Assembly: GCA_002633005.1 (NCBI GenBank)
Contig: NMRA01000057.1
Span: forward strand, 118,469 to 182,468
Direction: 5' to 3'
DNA: 64,000 nt
Source of the DNA: Phoronis australis
Taxonomy: Eukaryota > Animalia > Phoronida
Positions 1 to 13,899 of the stretch are shown here, one piece after another (position 1 is the stretch's first letter; every line of letters begins with the position of its first letter). The notes beneath the pieces are model-generated. The model saw nothing but the letters and a program-made list of their open reading frames with translations. It was not told the DNA's origin and searched no databases. The position numbers and the translations under genes were made by a program.

Positions 1-723
1 GGACATAATCGGCTTTTTACAAAATGGAGCCATGTACATGTGTATGGTATTTAGGGGTACTATAGCCCAAAGTGATGAGTAGTAAAACGTTCAAAACATT
101 CAGGAGGAACTAACTTGTTGCAAAATATCGAAACATATGAAGGACAATCGGATTTTACGGTGCTCACGCATCGATCTCAGATATATGACAATTTCGCATT
201 TTAGTACTTTTGAGGTGCCAAAATGTATAACTAATAAACTGGCTGACAAAGTTTTTATTTTATGCTATGAAAGTAACATGTTTTGTTAACATTTTGGCTA
301 AGTTTCATTCTCATAACATTGGGGGCAGATTTGGTACAGCAGTGTACTGAACACAACCTCAAAATGGCATAACGGGGGGCAGTGTAGTAAAACTACTAAA
401 TGAGGGTGGTAAATCGGAATCGTGTTTCAAGACATCTGTGTAACAATCTGTAGGCACCACTTAACAATGCCAAGTGAATAATAAATCAATAGCTTTCATT
501 CAAGGAAAAATATGAACAGTTAAAACTGGACAGTTTTTATACCGTGAAAACATGGCTGCGAAACCGTAAAATGTGTTTGAACCTATAACTTAAGAAACAC
601 AAAATATTTTGAGGAAATATTTTACCGCTGTTTATAGATTCCACATGACTACATATGTGCCAAATTTGGTGAAAATCGGCTGACCCCCACCTTGCCGCTC
701 ATGGTTGGTGCTCTCGTGGACTA
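1..723. mobile_element. Right end of a DNA transposon, possibly Academ-type, cut by the window edge
   Basis: The reverse complement starts TAGTCCACGAGAGC and carries the subterminal motif CCGATTTTCACCAAATTTGGCACA. The partner end is not visible. Confidence 0.3.
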
Positions 724-3072
724 GTACTTAATCATTCAATGCTATTGTCGTTAGCATTTCGCGTTATTGATTGAATGTTGCCGATTGAGTTAGGAAAATC
801 TGTAGGAATTAATGGCGTTTATTGGTGCCACTTAGGGATCAAAATAACGAGCTGCAGGTCGCAATTGCGACCTGGAACTTGAAAATATGAGCTGAAATTT
901 TTGCCAAATCGTATCAATTCGCAAAATGCGACCTGGAATTTCCAACGTATGCGAGCTAACTTATTACACTTTTCGGCGAGTACCTGTATGGCAAATAACA
1001 AGCAACTCGTGTGAATCCGACCGTTATTTGGTTGTTGCCAAATCAAGTTCAAAAGAATACTAACAGACAACAGCCCTCCCGATAACTTGTAAGCATATCG
1101 CGTGAACATAGGATAATGCATTATCGATCTTTGGCGTGTTTCATTGGCCAAATTTTGGGCTATTTTTGCAAATTTCCTGATGCGCCAAAGAAACTTTCGC
1201 ATTTAACTTTCTCTCATTTTACACACCAAAATTCAGTTTTCAAAAACGTCTTTTCTCCATATGCAAAAAAACAAACATCAGGCTATATTTTATGCTTCCG
1301 AAAGAAAGCTAAAACTCGTGAAATTCGCGTCGTTTTATGACTGACCTATTTTTCCGTTACATAGAAGGTACTGAGGAGCAAACGCGAATTTGCCGATGGA
1401 AACCCGCACGGAGGCGGCATTTATTTCGAGGCTTTTCATTTCATAGAAAACTAATTGTTGGGTACCTAAACAGCATAAGTCTCACATTTTTGTTTTGAAA
1501 TTTGCACTGAACTGTTTCCACGCATCCGAATACGTCATTCGTAAAGGGCAACGTTTCACGGATTTTTTTCGACACGATGTTTTTCAAACGTCGAGTTTCA
1601 CATAGCGGACCAGACGTACCAAAATCGCGGATACTTTTTCAACGAGTATTTTCTCACTTTTCACGGTTCAAGCTTAGCTACTCGAATTCAAGTGTCGGTT
1701 AGTGGGCACTGATTCAACTTTCACGTCGGCAACTAGCCTTGCGTTCTAAGGCCTTCCAATGGCGGTTGTGAAGAACACAATTTTGAAATTAGTGAGAATT
1801 TAAGCCCTAAGTAAGAGCATATTTTAAATATTTTCCTGATAATCGAAAAAATCCATTTTGGCGCGTAAAAATGGGGTGTTTTTGATCTGGCATTTATGAA
1901 TGTGAGTTGGGTTTTGAAAATTCTACCTGGGAGTTTGGCTAGGTCGCAAAATGCGACCTGGCGATTTTCATAGCATCGAGCTCTGCCATTGTTAACAGAT
2001 GCCACTAGTGAACGTGTTGCAGTCGGACATAAAATGTGTGACGGAAATTACTCTGAAATTGACATGCTTTGAGCGCTTCCGGAAGTCCTTGGTAGGCGAC
2101 GATATGGTATTGTCCCTTGAACAGACCCTTTAGATTGGCTGGGGTCTGCTACAACCCACTTTCCCATTTGCCTTCTTGGAATTTCATTGCTCGTTCTGAT
2201 TTCAAAAAACAAGGCAGTCTATTGGTCAGTTGTATTATAGGTCAAACTAGTTCATCATGGCGACTTTCAGTGAAGGAATGTCAATGGCTTTATAGCTGGT
2301 TAAATCGCGTCAGGAAATTTGCAATATTCTGGGAACATGACATGCCACAAATTTTAAATTTGATATAGTACACATATCACTTGGAGTGAATTAGCTCCAA
2401 AAATATAAAAAATTATTTTTGTATTTCGTCACTTAGTAAATACATAGCGAATAACTAAATCGGGTGAAAAGTTGGCCGTAACCCCTTGTGCGCGACTGTT
2501 GAAAATGCCCTGTTTTAATGGGAATTAAATCCCTTTTCAGGGGCTTAAAAAGATAAAATTTAAATGTGTGATGCACTACTATCCTTTTTGAAATTGAAAA
2601 TGTCAAAGATAAATTATAATGACGTATTCTGATATTTTTAAAGAACTTTTGAATGCCTTGCCTCCACGGGCCAACAACAGCTCCCCATTTAGACCTATTT
2701 AGAGGCCTATGTAATTCAAGCGCGCAAAATTGCTCAACAACTACACATAGGTTCTGTGATAGCTACAGCTCTCGTCTTAAACAAGATTATTTTTGTGGAC
2801 AGCACCTTTTTAATTCTCGAATTTACACTTTAGCAAAGGCACTTTCACCACTTTCACCTGTTTCATACTGCCACCAATAGAGGGCGGTAAAGCAGAAAAT
2901 ATGAAAAATATTATTTAAACTGGAAGTGAATTGTAATAAAAAAATCACCTAAAGCTTTATTCAACACAACCAGAATTGGTTTGAGCGTTCTTTTAGCAAA
3001 ATATTGCGTTTATTGACATTTAGCAAAGAAACGGAATGAGGTTCACGATAACAGGTCACGGTCTGAGGCAAA

Positions 3073-3410
3073 ATGGCAATGGCCAAAGAGCCTCTTATTC
3101 AATGCTCGTTCTTTGAGGTCTCGTCGCCTTGTTCCACGACCTTTCCTAAAGCTGTAAATATCGAAAAAGAATTTTTACCTGTATTAACCTACAACAGAGG
3201 TATTGTCAAATACCTGAAAAGTGGTAACGTGCAAGATCACTTGAAAGAATGGGGGTTGATTGGCAACCGAGCGCGAATGGGACTGTGTGATACAAAGTAA
3301 CTGACAGCCTATTAGAACAAAAGATTATGTGTCCAAAGCACCGTATTCTGGTTACTACTGAACTTTCGTTCGAGCAGGCACTGCCAGTATCCAGGTTGCA
3401 GCCTCAGAAA
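3073..3410 (+). pseudogene. Decayed Cys/His-rich transposon-like coding fragment
   Basis: ...KEWGLIGNRA... is followed, after a stop, by LCPKHR...FRSSRHCQYPGC. This resembles N-terminal zinc-binding regions of invertebrate DNA transposases. The family is not assigned. Confidence 0.3.
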
Positions 3411-4445
3411 TGAAAGGGGTGTTTACCACTCAATCCCAGGAATAAGTCAACTGAATAACGTTTGAACTAAAAGGTGAGCTACAGTACGTAACAATTCAAA
3501 GTATGTGTTGTATGCAATTACATATACTATTTGGATTGTTCCTGGTTTTCTCAGAAATCTCACTGTGATTAGTCAAACAGCCCGAAGAATCAGTTTCTGA
3601 GCTGTAAGTTGTCTAAAATGAAAGTTAAATTTGTGATTGAAGGCCTCTTGGGTTTATGTCCAGTTATGAGTTGAATATTCTTTCCTACAGCGAGATGGTT
3701 ATGTTGAAAAAAGCTTTAGGTGTTTTTTTAAAAAGGACTTGTATTCTAATCCTTATTTCTAAGTTACCTCTTTCAACAGGAAAATTGATTGCTTGGTAAG
3801 CGCATGGGATCGGAGATGGGATGGTTTTGGTGACTAAAAATCCTGCTTCTGATTGTAAACTATTGGAGCTAGTGGTTGAGGAATGTCCTGCTGCATCGTC
3901 ATTGAGACCTTTCAAACAGCTCCAGTAATCGAAAGACAGAGATGTTCCTATGTCCAGACGATGGCTGTAACAGCACTTTTGCAACTCAAAAGGAACTCGA
4001 GCAGCATGTTAGCATGGGCTGGCATGATAAACAGCCAACAAAACCTGGAGATCTTGGCTATGATGTTATGCAGAGAAGGTGGGCTACCAAAGTCACTGAT
4101 ATTAAAAATGCATAAGTCTGGCAATATACAATTTCTGTTATGCATTTTAGTCACTGGTTTTTCCTAGTTGACATAATAGTCAACATGGAAATGTGCTGTG
4201 TAATGTTCTATATTACAACCAAACAAAAAGTGAAGCTAACTGCTTGGAACATGCTACTCAACAGCGCCTATGCAGCCATGGCTTGGACATTCATTCAAAT
4301 TTAGGCTGGATTTTTTGACGTGGAGTATCAGTCAGAATACTCGAACAGCACAATTCTCTCACATATAACCACAACTTCCAGATTTGTAAGCTCATTTTGT
4401 GAATTTACAAAATATGGCTTACCCATCCAAAAAGCATGGCTTCTG

Positions 4446-4588
4446 CATGGGAGGCGCACCATAGGGGGCTGGGGAGCTATAGCCCCCACTTTTTTCAGTG
4501 TTACGCCGCAAATGGTCTAAAGGCGGTGCACCACAGGGGAGCTGAGGGGGCTTAACTTCGCACTTTTTTCAGTGCTGCACCGCCCATG
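4446..4588. repeat. Head-to-tail pair of ~70-bp mini-MITE units
   Basis: Two similar units (gcggtgcacca...ggggct...cacttttttcagtg...cgcc) bounded by CATGGG...CCCATG. Confidence 0.4.
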
Positions 4589-5208
4589 TCCTGGTCTTGC
4601 ACCCATTAAGAAACACAGCTCATGGACTGCAAACACAGCTTCTGTACCTATAAACAAACCTCACGAACCCTTCCCTGAGTCATGCACATGATTCTCAGTA
4701 ACATGACTTTTTGAGTTGAGTTTGGTTGCAAAAGCCGTGTTTGGTGTGTGTGAACGGGGATCGGCTTACAATTAGGTGTGTGAGTGATGTTCATGAGTGC
4801 TTGACCATTGTTGTTCAGTTAGCCTGTCAATGGGCTAGATAAAAATATAGATTATTACATGGCGAAGTCGTTATCCACCGTTATCTAGAGCCCGAGTGGA
4901 TTTTGGAGAATTATCGCCCGAGGGGCGTTAGCCCCGAGGGTGATAATTCTCCAAAATCCACGAGGGCTCTAGATAAGGGGGATAACGGCTGAGAACATGT
5001 AATAATCTATTTATACCACATACTCAACGAGAAACATTGCAATGAATCGATTTACCTTTTCTGACTCTCCACGGCTTTGTAACTACTTTCTATGTCAGAG
5101 GCCCGGGGTCGGAGGTCGTGACCTTTTAAGAAAAGCCGGGCTATTTTTGTCAAATAATGCTTTTACTCAAAACCAATTGAGATAACTTTATGGGTTATTA
5201 CACGGTTG

Positions 5209-8200
5209 TAGTCTAGAGGCATTTCCTGAAAAGAGCCCTGTATAAGGTTCTAGAAGCATTTTTTAGTAAAAGTTGGGAACAAGACTTTTTCACACAATCA
5301 AGGTATGGCGAATTCAACTAACCCTGTTCCCAAGCCGAATTTTGCATCTTTGACCATCTAATTTGCATAAACAAAATGGCGGCCAAATTGTCAAGTTCAG
5401 ATGTATTTTTGTAATAGAAATCACCATATACCATTTAAAATGGTGAAATGTCTCACCTGTACACTTCTTATAAATACTTCTTGAGCAATACATCACTTAT
5501 GAGTACAAAAAAACTAAAAAATGCAACTCTGAAAACTAATTATGCAAATTAGGTGCCGCCATTACCATACAATGTAATTTGCGTCTAAAGTTTGTGTTCC
5601 TGCAGGCTAACTTGAAAAATGAGTTGTTTATACTTATATTTTCATGGTCAACAAACATGCTAAAGACATTTTTGGAGCAATTTATTTCATATTTATTGGG
5701 TTACAGATGTATACTTTCAGAATGGGGAAAAATAGTCATTAATCTGCAATGCTCGTCAAGCAAGGTGTCACTAGTTTGATGGAATATATGACAAATGTTC
5801 ACACTATCCCGCTATCTTCCATTCATAAAAAATCAATATAGTTATTGTTATTGAAGACATTAAATTCTCATTTGCATGAATTATTTTCAGGCCTGCTGAA
5901 CACAGTTTTAGCATTCACGTTTTTGTACTTTTTAACATGCCTAAAGCCAGGCAAATCAAATTGTTTGCATACAAGGAATGTGCTGCTGGCATGAGCATAA
6001 TGATATGCATTGTCTACTGTTGTGTTGTTTCTGGCATGCACACAATACCATCTCTAGGCACCTGTCTGGGATAGAACTCTATGTCATCAGTATGGACTGC
6101 AAGCATAATTTAGTGTGTGTCCCCCATATCAGAGGGTGCTGGGAGCTCAGGTATGGAACAATGATCATTTCGCCATACCTTGACCTGATAGTGCACTCTC
6201 ATCAGATGGAAACGGCGGGCATTATGGGTGAGGGGGAAGGACTTCTGGGTTCACGGGGTTGGAGAATAGTAAATGGCGTGCTACATCTACAGGTCGTGTT
6301 GTATATTCTGCAGACAAATACTTCTGAAGCCATCGTACTTTGCTCAGTGATTTCACCAATGCAGGGGTTCTTAAGCAATCTGTGATGCTCTAGGAACTTC
6401 TTCCATGATGATAGTTTCATGTGATTGGCAAAGTACGAGTTGGTGCCAAACCCGGTCACGGCATGAAAAGCAAAAAAGGATGTTGTTGAGTCTCTTAGTA
6501 GTTTGTTGAAAAGTGCTTCAGTATGTATATATCGTCATTTCTTTGATGTGCCTGACATCATACAGATATGCTCACTTTGCATTTGTTGGAAGTGCGATAC
6601 CAGAAGCAGTAGAACATCGGGTGTCTCTGGAAATACGATTGAATGTGGACAGCATGCAGTACCAGTCTAGCATCTGCTTCTTCATGTGTGGATTTCAGAG
6701 TCCTCAAGTCAGTCATAACCTTAGATGATTTAATTTACTTCCAGCTCATCTTTGAACCCTCCTGCAACCATAAACTCTTTATCTTCAGGCGTCTACAAAC
6801 ACAATTCCTCTGACAGGAAATGTGCTAGGTCTTCTTTATTCTCAGCCAGTGCCTGAAAATTTGACCAGTTTTGAGGAAGAGGTACACCACGGCCTTCCAA
6901 AAATCACCTGATTTTCTGTATTCCTTTACTACGCTGTTTTCCTGTAATTTGTGTATTTCATAGTTTCTTGTCTGTATCTGTCAAATACAATGTCAATTTT
7001 ATGATATCGAAATCCTGTGTTTAGCACTGTTTTCATGAATGAATCAGTCAGGTTCTCAAAGGTCACATCACCATGAAGCTTCCCAAGAGCTACCATCAAT
7101 GCTTCGCCATCAATAATGAGGCAAGCGGGCATGCCATGAAGTTGAATTGTTGTAGGACACTCGATGTGTTGACTATTAATACTTCGGCAAGTGAAGATTT
7201 ATCTCCAGTGCGCAATGTGCCACTCGTTTCTGTAAGAAAACATGGACGGGAAGAAGCTCGCGTTTGAGCACAGACGGCAAATCAACTGGCCGACCCACCT
7301 CATAAGCCATAGCTAGGCAGTGAAGTATATCTCTCTGTGCCTTAAGAACTATTTTCTTGTCTTTGTCTTTGGATTGTTTCACCACATCATGTAAGTTGGC
7401 AAATGTTGGGGTATTATTTTTGCGCATAGGCGCGTGAATTGACATGTCTGAANATTGGTCAGCATCTACCTGACAGAGCAAATGAGGAGAGCGTTTGACT
7501 ACAAAATTTCCTGCTTGAAACTCTGACCAAACAGACTGCAGTGGAAGCTGATGTATCTCCGCTAAAAAGACCGCACCACACTCGAGCATAATTCGGTGAG
7601 GCAGTACGAGAGTAAATGAATAGAGATGCAGTTCCAAAATACCATTCCGTTGAGAGCATGTCTACTTTTACAATATTGGAACGATGTACACGTAACTCCA
7701 CCAGAAGCTGAAATTCACATCATCAGAACTACTGTTGACAAAATGCCCAGGAGTTTCCTAAACTTATCCTAATTAAGAAATGTTAAAAACTCCGGAATTT
7801 TCTGTGGATCATCATCTGCAGACATACTGGTAATACAAGCATGACAGTCGCTTCTGCAATAAACGAGAGAAGGCTTGACACCCGCAGGAGATGCCACAGA
7901 GCTTGCAAAGACAGTTTGTGTGCCCTCATACTGTAGCTTTGCTGTACGACTTTCCTCTGAGGACCAGTTCCATTGGTCGTGACCAAGTACTGCACTCTCT
8001 ATACACACCTCAGCTATTCCGGAATCACTCATGTGATCTTCTGTGGCCTTGATAAAGTTCACTGATACGTGAAGAGCCACTAAACGAGGTACTGTATTAA
8101 CATATTTTGGTATTCTGGGACCGACCACGTAAGCTCCATTAATCTGCAGCAGAGCACTTGGTCGACTGTGAGGACGGTATGTTCCTGTCCAAAATGGGAC

Positions 8201-8831
8201 GATATGGCCATGCATCTCTTTACAACAGTATTTAAAAGTCATGTTGTTATGTTTACAATACTTTTATGTCCTATCTAAATAGTGAGATGTTCGCAAACAG
8301 CATGGATAATTCATTTCTAATTTCATTTTCAGACTTTATTAATGAACATTTGTGACTTAGTGAAGATGAAATAAAAAGCTTCACATGTGTCATAATGATT
8401 TTTTCTAGACCTTCAAAACACAGGTATAGACACCTTAGTTGTCATGTTTGCCTGCAAATTGATAAAGTTACACCGAAATTTGAATTTTTTGGTAATGGCG
8501 GAAGCTAATTAGCATAATTGGGTAATTTAATGGCGTTCATTAATATGCTCTTAAATTTAAGTGATCTAAACACACTTACATTATGTTTTTGAAGCAAAAA
8601 TTTCCTAATTATTCGTCACATATTGTACTCCTGGTCTTACGAATGTTTCTTATCCTGTTGGTTTGGCGGCCATTTTGTTTATGCAAATTAGATGGTCAAA
8701 AACTCAAAATCCAGCTTGGGAACAGCCGTAATCGAAATCAGCATACCATAATTATGCTAAAAGGATAGGTTCTCCACTTTTACTAAAAAATGCCTCTAAC
8801 ATGCACATTTTCCAGAAATGCGTCTAGACTA
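5209..8831 (-). mobile_element. Academ-type DNA transposon, 3623 bp, decayed
   Basis: Termini TAGTCTAGA...TCTAGACTA. Long imperfect TIRs, e.g. ttgaccatctaatttgcataaacaaaatggc at ~5350 inverted at ~8670-8700. 3-bp TSD TTG at 5206-5208 and 8832-8834. Confidence 0.85.
6100..8242 (-). pseudogene. Frameshifted Academ transposase remnants
   Basis: Collinear fragments: LHLYSF..NYAR, EFQAGNFVVKRS..VDADQ, IIDGEAL..TF..IDIVFDRY, AFHAVTGFGTNSYF..K..W, EVFVCRIY. Many stops and frameshifts. Confidence 0.8.
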
Positions 8832-9844
8832 TTGTACATGCCATTTGACGCTAATATTGTGGTATAACACATACTATCATATTGATTTTTGCGTTTGCAG
8901 TTGTAAAATGCAAGAAACTAGTACCCAAACAGCAGGAGAGTCGCAAAGCACAATGGAGTGGGCTCTGAAGTCAGCACGAAGGTGTGAAAGAATGACTGAA
9001 AACTGCAAAGATGTTTTTGACTGATGCGGTCAACGAAGGCACGAAAACTGGTAAAAAATCGATTCAGTGGGGTGTTCTTAGCAGCTGAGAACTGCAAAAA
9101 CGGCAATGGCCAGTCCCAAGCAGACTTAAAAGGGCTGCTTGCTAGTATTTGGGCATCACTGTTCCTTCACATCTGAAATGGAAGGACACAATCGTAGAAC
9201 GTCTATTAAAATATGTTAAGCAGTGTCCATGTTGATCGTAATCATCAGTTTTACTGTATTCTTGATGCGCTAATTATGGGCAAACATGTGTATTGTCTGA
9301 TTACTTTTGCCTTTTTCTGTGTGATTGCGTGCATACAAGCATACGTGTGTGGACCCATTGTGCTGTCATCCCCGTCTTTTTGTCTGGAATCCGCTGCTGC
9401 ATCTCCAAACCCTTGGTGAATGCAAATTTTGCAGATGAGATGACACGAGAATTTTAAGATGCATTTGACTACCACTGTTCCCCTAGTGGCAACTTTACTT
9501 CTTCATGTTAATCTCATGAAATTTCGCAAATAGGTTTCAGTTATGGAGATGACTGTCCTTTCCCATTACCTTACGTATTTCTAAGTTATCAGTACCGAAA
9601 TGTTGTCATTGAGATGAGCACGGCTGACATTGATTGTTGATTGAAAGATCTCCTGAGGTTTTCTTTATGCATGCCTTTATATCTACCAAGTTTCTTGATG
9701 CACTTTCGTGCAACATGGTAAATTTGTTTCTATTGAGGAAACCAGGATAAATTTCCATTTTCGGCCGGGTTCAAAGTATTCTGTGCCTGACTAAAGGTTA
9801 TTATTTCTGGCAGAGGCCTCTCTGTCTTTTAAAGGGATTGTTCT

Positions 9845-9915
9845 AAAACCCCCTCGACCCACGACCCAAAACCCCCTCGACCCACAATCTACAACCCCCT
9901 CGACCCAGTCTACAC
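9845..9915. repeat. Short tandem repeat, three copies of AACCCCCTCGACCCA
   Basis: Three copies read directly from the sequence. Confidence 0.7.
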
Positions 9916-12900
9916 AAGCTGGTCCAGGACTCGATCTGAACATAGAAAAAGCGCTAATTTACAGGACCAATAAGTTGAGCCGTGAGCTAAGCTGGCTTTT
10001 CACTGTTTTTTTGCAATTAAGAGAGTAGGTTCGGCAAGTTTGAAAGCCAAAAACAGGAAAACAACGCGACCAAATCAAATGAAAGAGCTACCAACGTTAA
10101 AAATGTCTTTCTCGGCAGAGTGTAATCGTCTCGTCGGCTGCTCTTCAGTTAATGGCAGATTCAACCTTTTTTGCGGGGAGTTCGAGGAACCGACAAAACT
10201 GTAATTTCATCGGTAAATAAAGTGTGTTAACTAAACAGTATTTCAACGTTATGTGAAGTATTTTGTTAACGAGTATACAACAGAAAGCAAATAATAAAAA
10301 TGTGAAATTATGTACATTCACATTAACGTACTCTCCCCCTAAGTTTAATAGAACTGAGCCATTGGTAGCCGCTCGTGGAGCTATTACCGTGACAACCATA
10401 GCGCGCTCACAATGCACTATTTCAGGTCACGTTCTCACGCCACTTTCTGTTTTTAATCACGAGACTTGAGCCAGAGCAGACTCGTTTGTAGGTATGTCCC
10501 ATGGGAAAGTCACTCATCTTCGTAATAAGATTATGAAATATGTAAAAAGCGCAAAAAATGCCTCTAATGCCACCGGTCGTGAGTCGCGGGGTCGTGGCCG
10601 AAAAGCAATTCTATTGAAACTCTTCCTGGCGGCATCTGTAGTACGATCAGCCGTATGTTTGTGCTTAGGGTGTCGGTATCAGAGAAAAGGTGGTCAGTAC
10701 AAGACTCCAGAGCATTTTTCTTAGGATGTTGATGGTTGGACAACAGCGAGAGATTGAGCTAGGGCTTTTGTGTTCAGATCAACTTTCTGCAGTGCCATTA
10801 ACAAGAACTGGCGAGCATGGTTTTGCCGGAAAAAGAAGCATAGGCTAAATGATCTTGTCAAACGTCTCAGTATAATGAACATCTTCCAGTGCTTATAGAG
10901 ATTGTCGTCACACCTGTTCTTATATGGTGCGGTGTGTTAGCATGCTTCCTAAGTGTATTGCGTTTACGGATTTCAGCCGAGTTTACGTTTTGAAACTTGG
11001 TAAGTGGGTCACTAACTCAGGTCTAAGTGAGGATGCTATTTTTATTTATTTTATTTGTATAGAAATCACCTGAAGTAATATCCAAATTGGACAAAAATGC
11101 CTTCAAACAAGACGTAGCAGTCCTTAACTTTAATCGCTAGGTCTTACAAAACCACTTTTCACAAGAGCAATCAAGAACATTATATCAGAAAAGCTTGCAT
11201 GTTACACAGTTTTGTTTCAACATTTCTTTCTTCCAGTGCTCATAGTGTTTTCGTTTCGTTTTCAATTTTAGTTTCGCTTAAGTGCTTCAAATATGAGAAA
11301 GTAGCTGGTGAGTTTCAGGCAAATGCAAAAGAAGTGGTGGAGTGCTTGGGTCCAAACTCGATGTATGTTACCATCACTTCAAAACCTAGAGAAGCAGCTG
11401 GAAGGATATTCCTCATTATAATGCAATAGCCAACTTATCGTTAATTAGCAGCATGTTGTTAAGAGACAGTAATTTCAGAGAACCACCTGCTTGGTCAACG
11501 GCTGTATCACTTTACGTTGCCTGTCGGAACATTAGACGGACTTGTGTAGCTGACACGGTCATAACATTTCATGTGTCTAACGGGTACATCGGTATGGGTT
11601 GCTGTTTTGGTTTGTGCAGATGCAGCTTCATCCATGGGGTTCCGGTCTGCACGATAACAATGGCCTTTTGCTGAGCCGTTTTCTTTCTTCTCGGTCCAAA
11701 TTTCGTTAGCTAATTAACTTGAAGAAGCAATGTGAATAGGTTAAAAGTGAAAAGGGAATTTTAATACAACGTTGCAATGATTTCAAGTGTATTTCACTTT
11801 TTCATTTGATGCTAGATTAATTCTGTTTGTGTGTTGAAACATTGTTTCGCTTCTTTTTGCTTTGATTCATGTGACCTTGTTTTTAATGCTCTAACTGATT
11901 TGTACATGTATATATGGTGCCTTTGCATCTCCATCTACATGTAGCAACTGCAAGCCGCTAGACGGAGCACCATGAAATTTCGGATTTGCTTTCCCTTGAG
12001 CTGTGTCAAACTGCAAATATTACTCAAAGGACAATTTATTACGTCTGCCTTTTAGTCTACCATGTTATTTGATCGGTTTTCTTGAGAATTAATGGATGAA
12101 CTGAGAGGACGAAAACTGCCCGTTCTCAAACGACTGGGTGTACGCTTTGCTTCCCAGTAGCAAGTTAACGCTACAGTACCCCCACTCAGAAAAAAAGTTT
12201 ACGCGAAGCAACGTAAACCAGTTCTTATCATGGACTAGATGGCCCTGATTTATTCTGGCTAAAGATTAGTCATAAAAATGAAGTCCAGTAACTTAGCAAA
12301 GATGGTTGGCCCTCCGAAAAGGGCACATTATAAATTTAGAGAACACGTACATTGTGATCAAAGATATTGTTTCGGGCACTGAAAACCGCGTTGAGGACGC
12401 ATATCAAGGCTCTGTGTTGCTCGTGTTTACATGGATATGTGTATTTGAGATTAGCCCTTCAATTTCCAAACAAGTTAAGACCATGATTTCCTGTGCCTTT
12501 TGTGGTTCTTCCCGACTTACGTGTACATGTTATTGCTGAAATACGTGTATATATGTTTTAAGTGATATTTGCAAATTATTCTTCAAAAGTGCGCTACACC
12601 TAATTTTTAATTACCGTGTTTCAACACAAACTTGTTCAATCGCTGTTTTTTTTCTTGTTTTTAATGACTGTAAGATGATCGATTAACTTGTTTCCATAGT
12701 ATGTGATTCGTATGTGTAAGTCCCATAAATACCTACTTTATTGCTATAAAAATTCGATTAAACATCCAAATACTTAGTTCGGCAGAATGTGGCAAAGTTC
12801 TGTCAAAGTCGGTCTTGCTTATTTTGAAAGATACAGACATAACTGTTCGCGTAGTTACTTAAATTATCGCCTAGTCGATTTTTGTTTTTCAAATGTGAAG

Positions 12901-13899
12901 TTGTTTGACGTTTTTAAGTGGTACTTTACGGACCAAAATCTTTGTTTTCTAATACTTAAATTTCGAAGAGGCTGTCAGAATGAGTGCTATGTTAACAGCA
13001 ACCATCACAAGTCCCGTATTTTTTAGACAATGTAAAGATCGTGAAGTACATAAGAGGTTTATAGCTTTCACACCCTAGATTTGGACAGACTGTACAGCCT
13101 CTAACGACGTACGAACGGAACATAATGTATTGGCACTACTTGGTCAAGAAATTTAACCTTAAACAACGTATTTATCCGCAATAAAATTCCAACCAATCAT
13201 AGTCCGTAGTTGGAAATTGCTCAAACGTCTACAACAGCATGTCTATCACAGTGTTTGTTTCGCATTCTTCGACCTTCTTGGCCACACTTTTTTGCAAGTT
13301 CAATGCATAAGTATTCAAAGTCACTCGATTCCAAATAATCCTTTGTCAATTTGTCTCAATAATACCAACGATGCTTAGGTGACAAGGGCTCATCAAAAGC
13401 CAGTTCCGGGTTGAGTTTTGTAGACTGCAAGACACCAGCTTGCAATTACGGGACGGAAACGCCGAATTCAATCCCACAATCCAATACTGCAACCTCGCTA
13501 ACCAATCACTTCAGTGGCCGCCATTTTGATAGGACAGACTAGTAACCTCTTGAGCCTATCCGTGAAACATTTCGATTTTCTCTCATTTGATTGTGGGAAG
13601 TCTTTGCGAGATCTTGCATGTCTGCGGAGCGCTACCCCGGTAAACTTGTTCTTTGCTGAAGACTAAAATAATTCACTCGAGTTTCGAAGCAGTTACTTGG
13701 TCGGTGTATCTCTTTGGCAACCATCTTGTTCAAAACTGGGGGAGGCTCCACGGCCTGAATCGTTCTGAAAACATTTAGCAAAACAGTTATCAACATGAAG
13801 CCTGTTAACAAAATTTGAGCTTTTTGCCTTTAACTCGATCTTTTACAGATGTAGGATGACCAAAAAAGTTGACAGTTTGCTGTTGTAGTAGTATGGTGA

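Larger units (their letters stand above)
4845..8867. mobile_element. Crypton-like non-autonomous element with a ~165-bp terminal palindrome, interrupted by the Academ insertion
   Basis: 4845-5010 folds back (ATAGATTATTACATG...CCCGAGGGGC-GTTA-GCCCCGAGGG...CATGTAATAATCTAT). TTATACCACA at 5011 is inverted to TGTGGTATAA at about 8858-8867. The family assignment is an inference. Confidence 0.45.
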
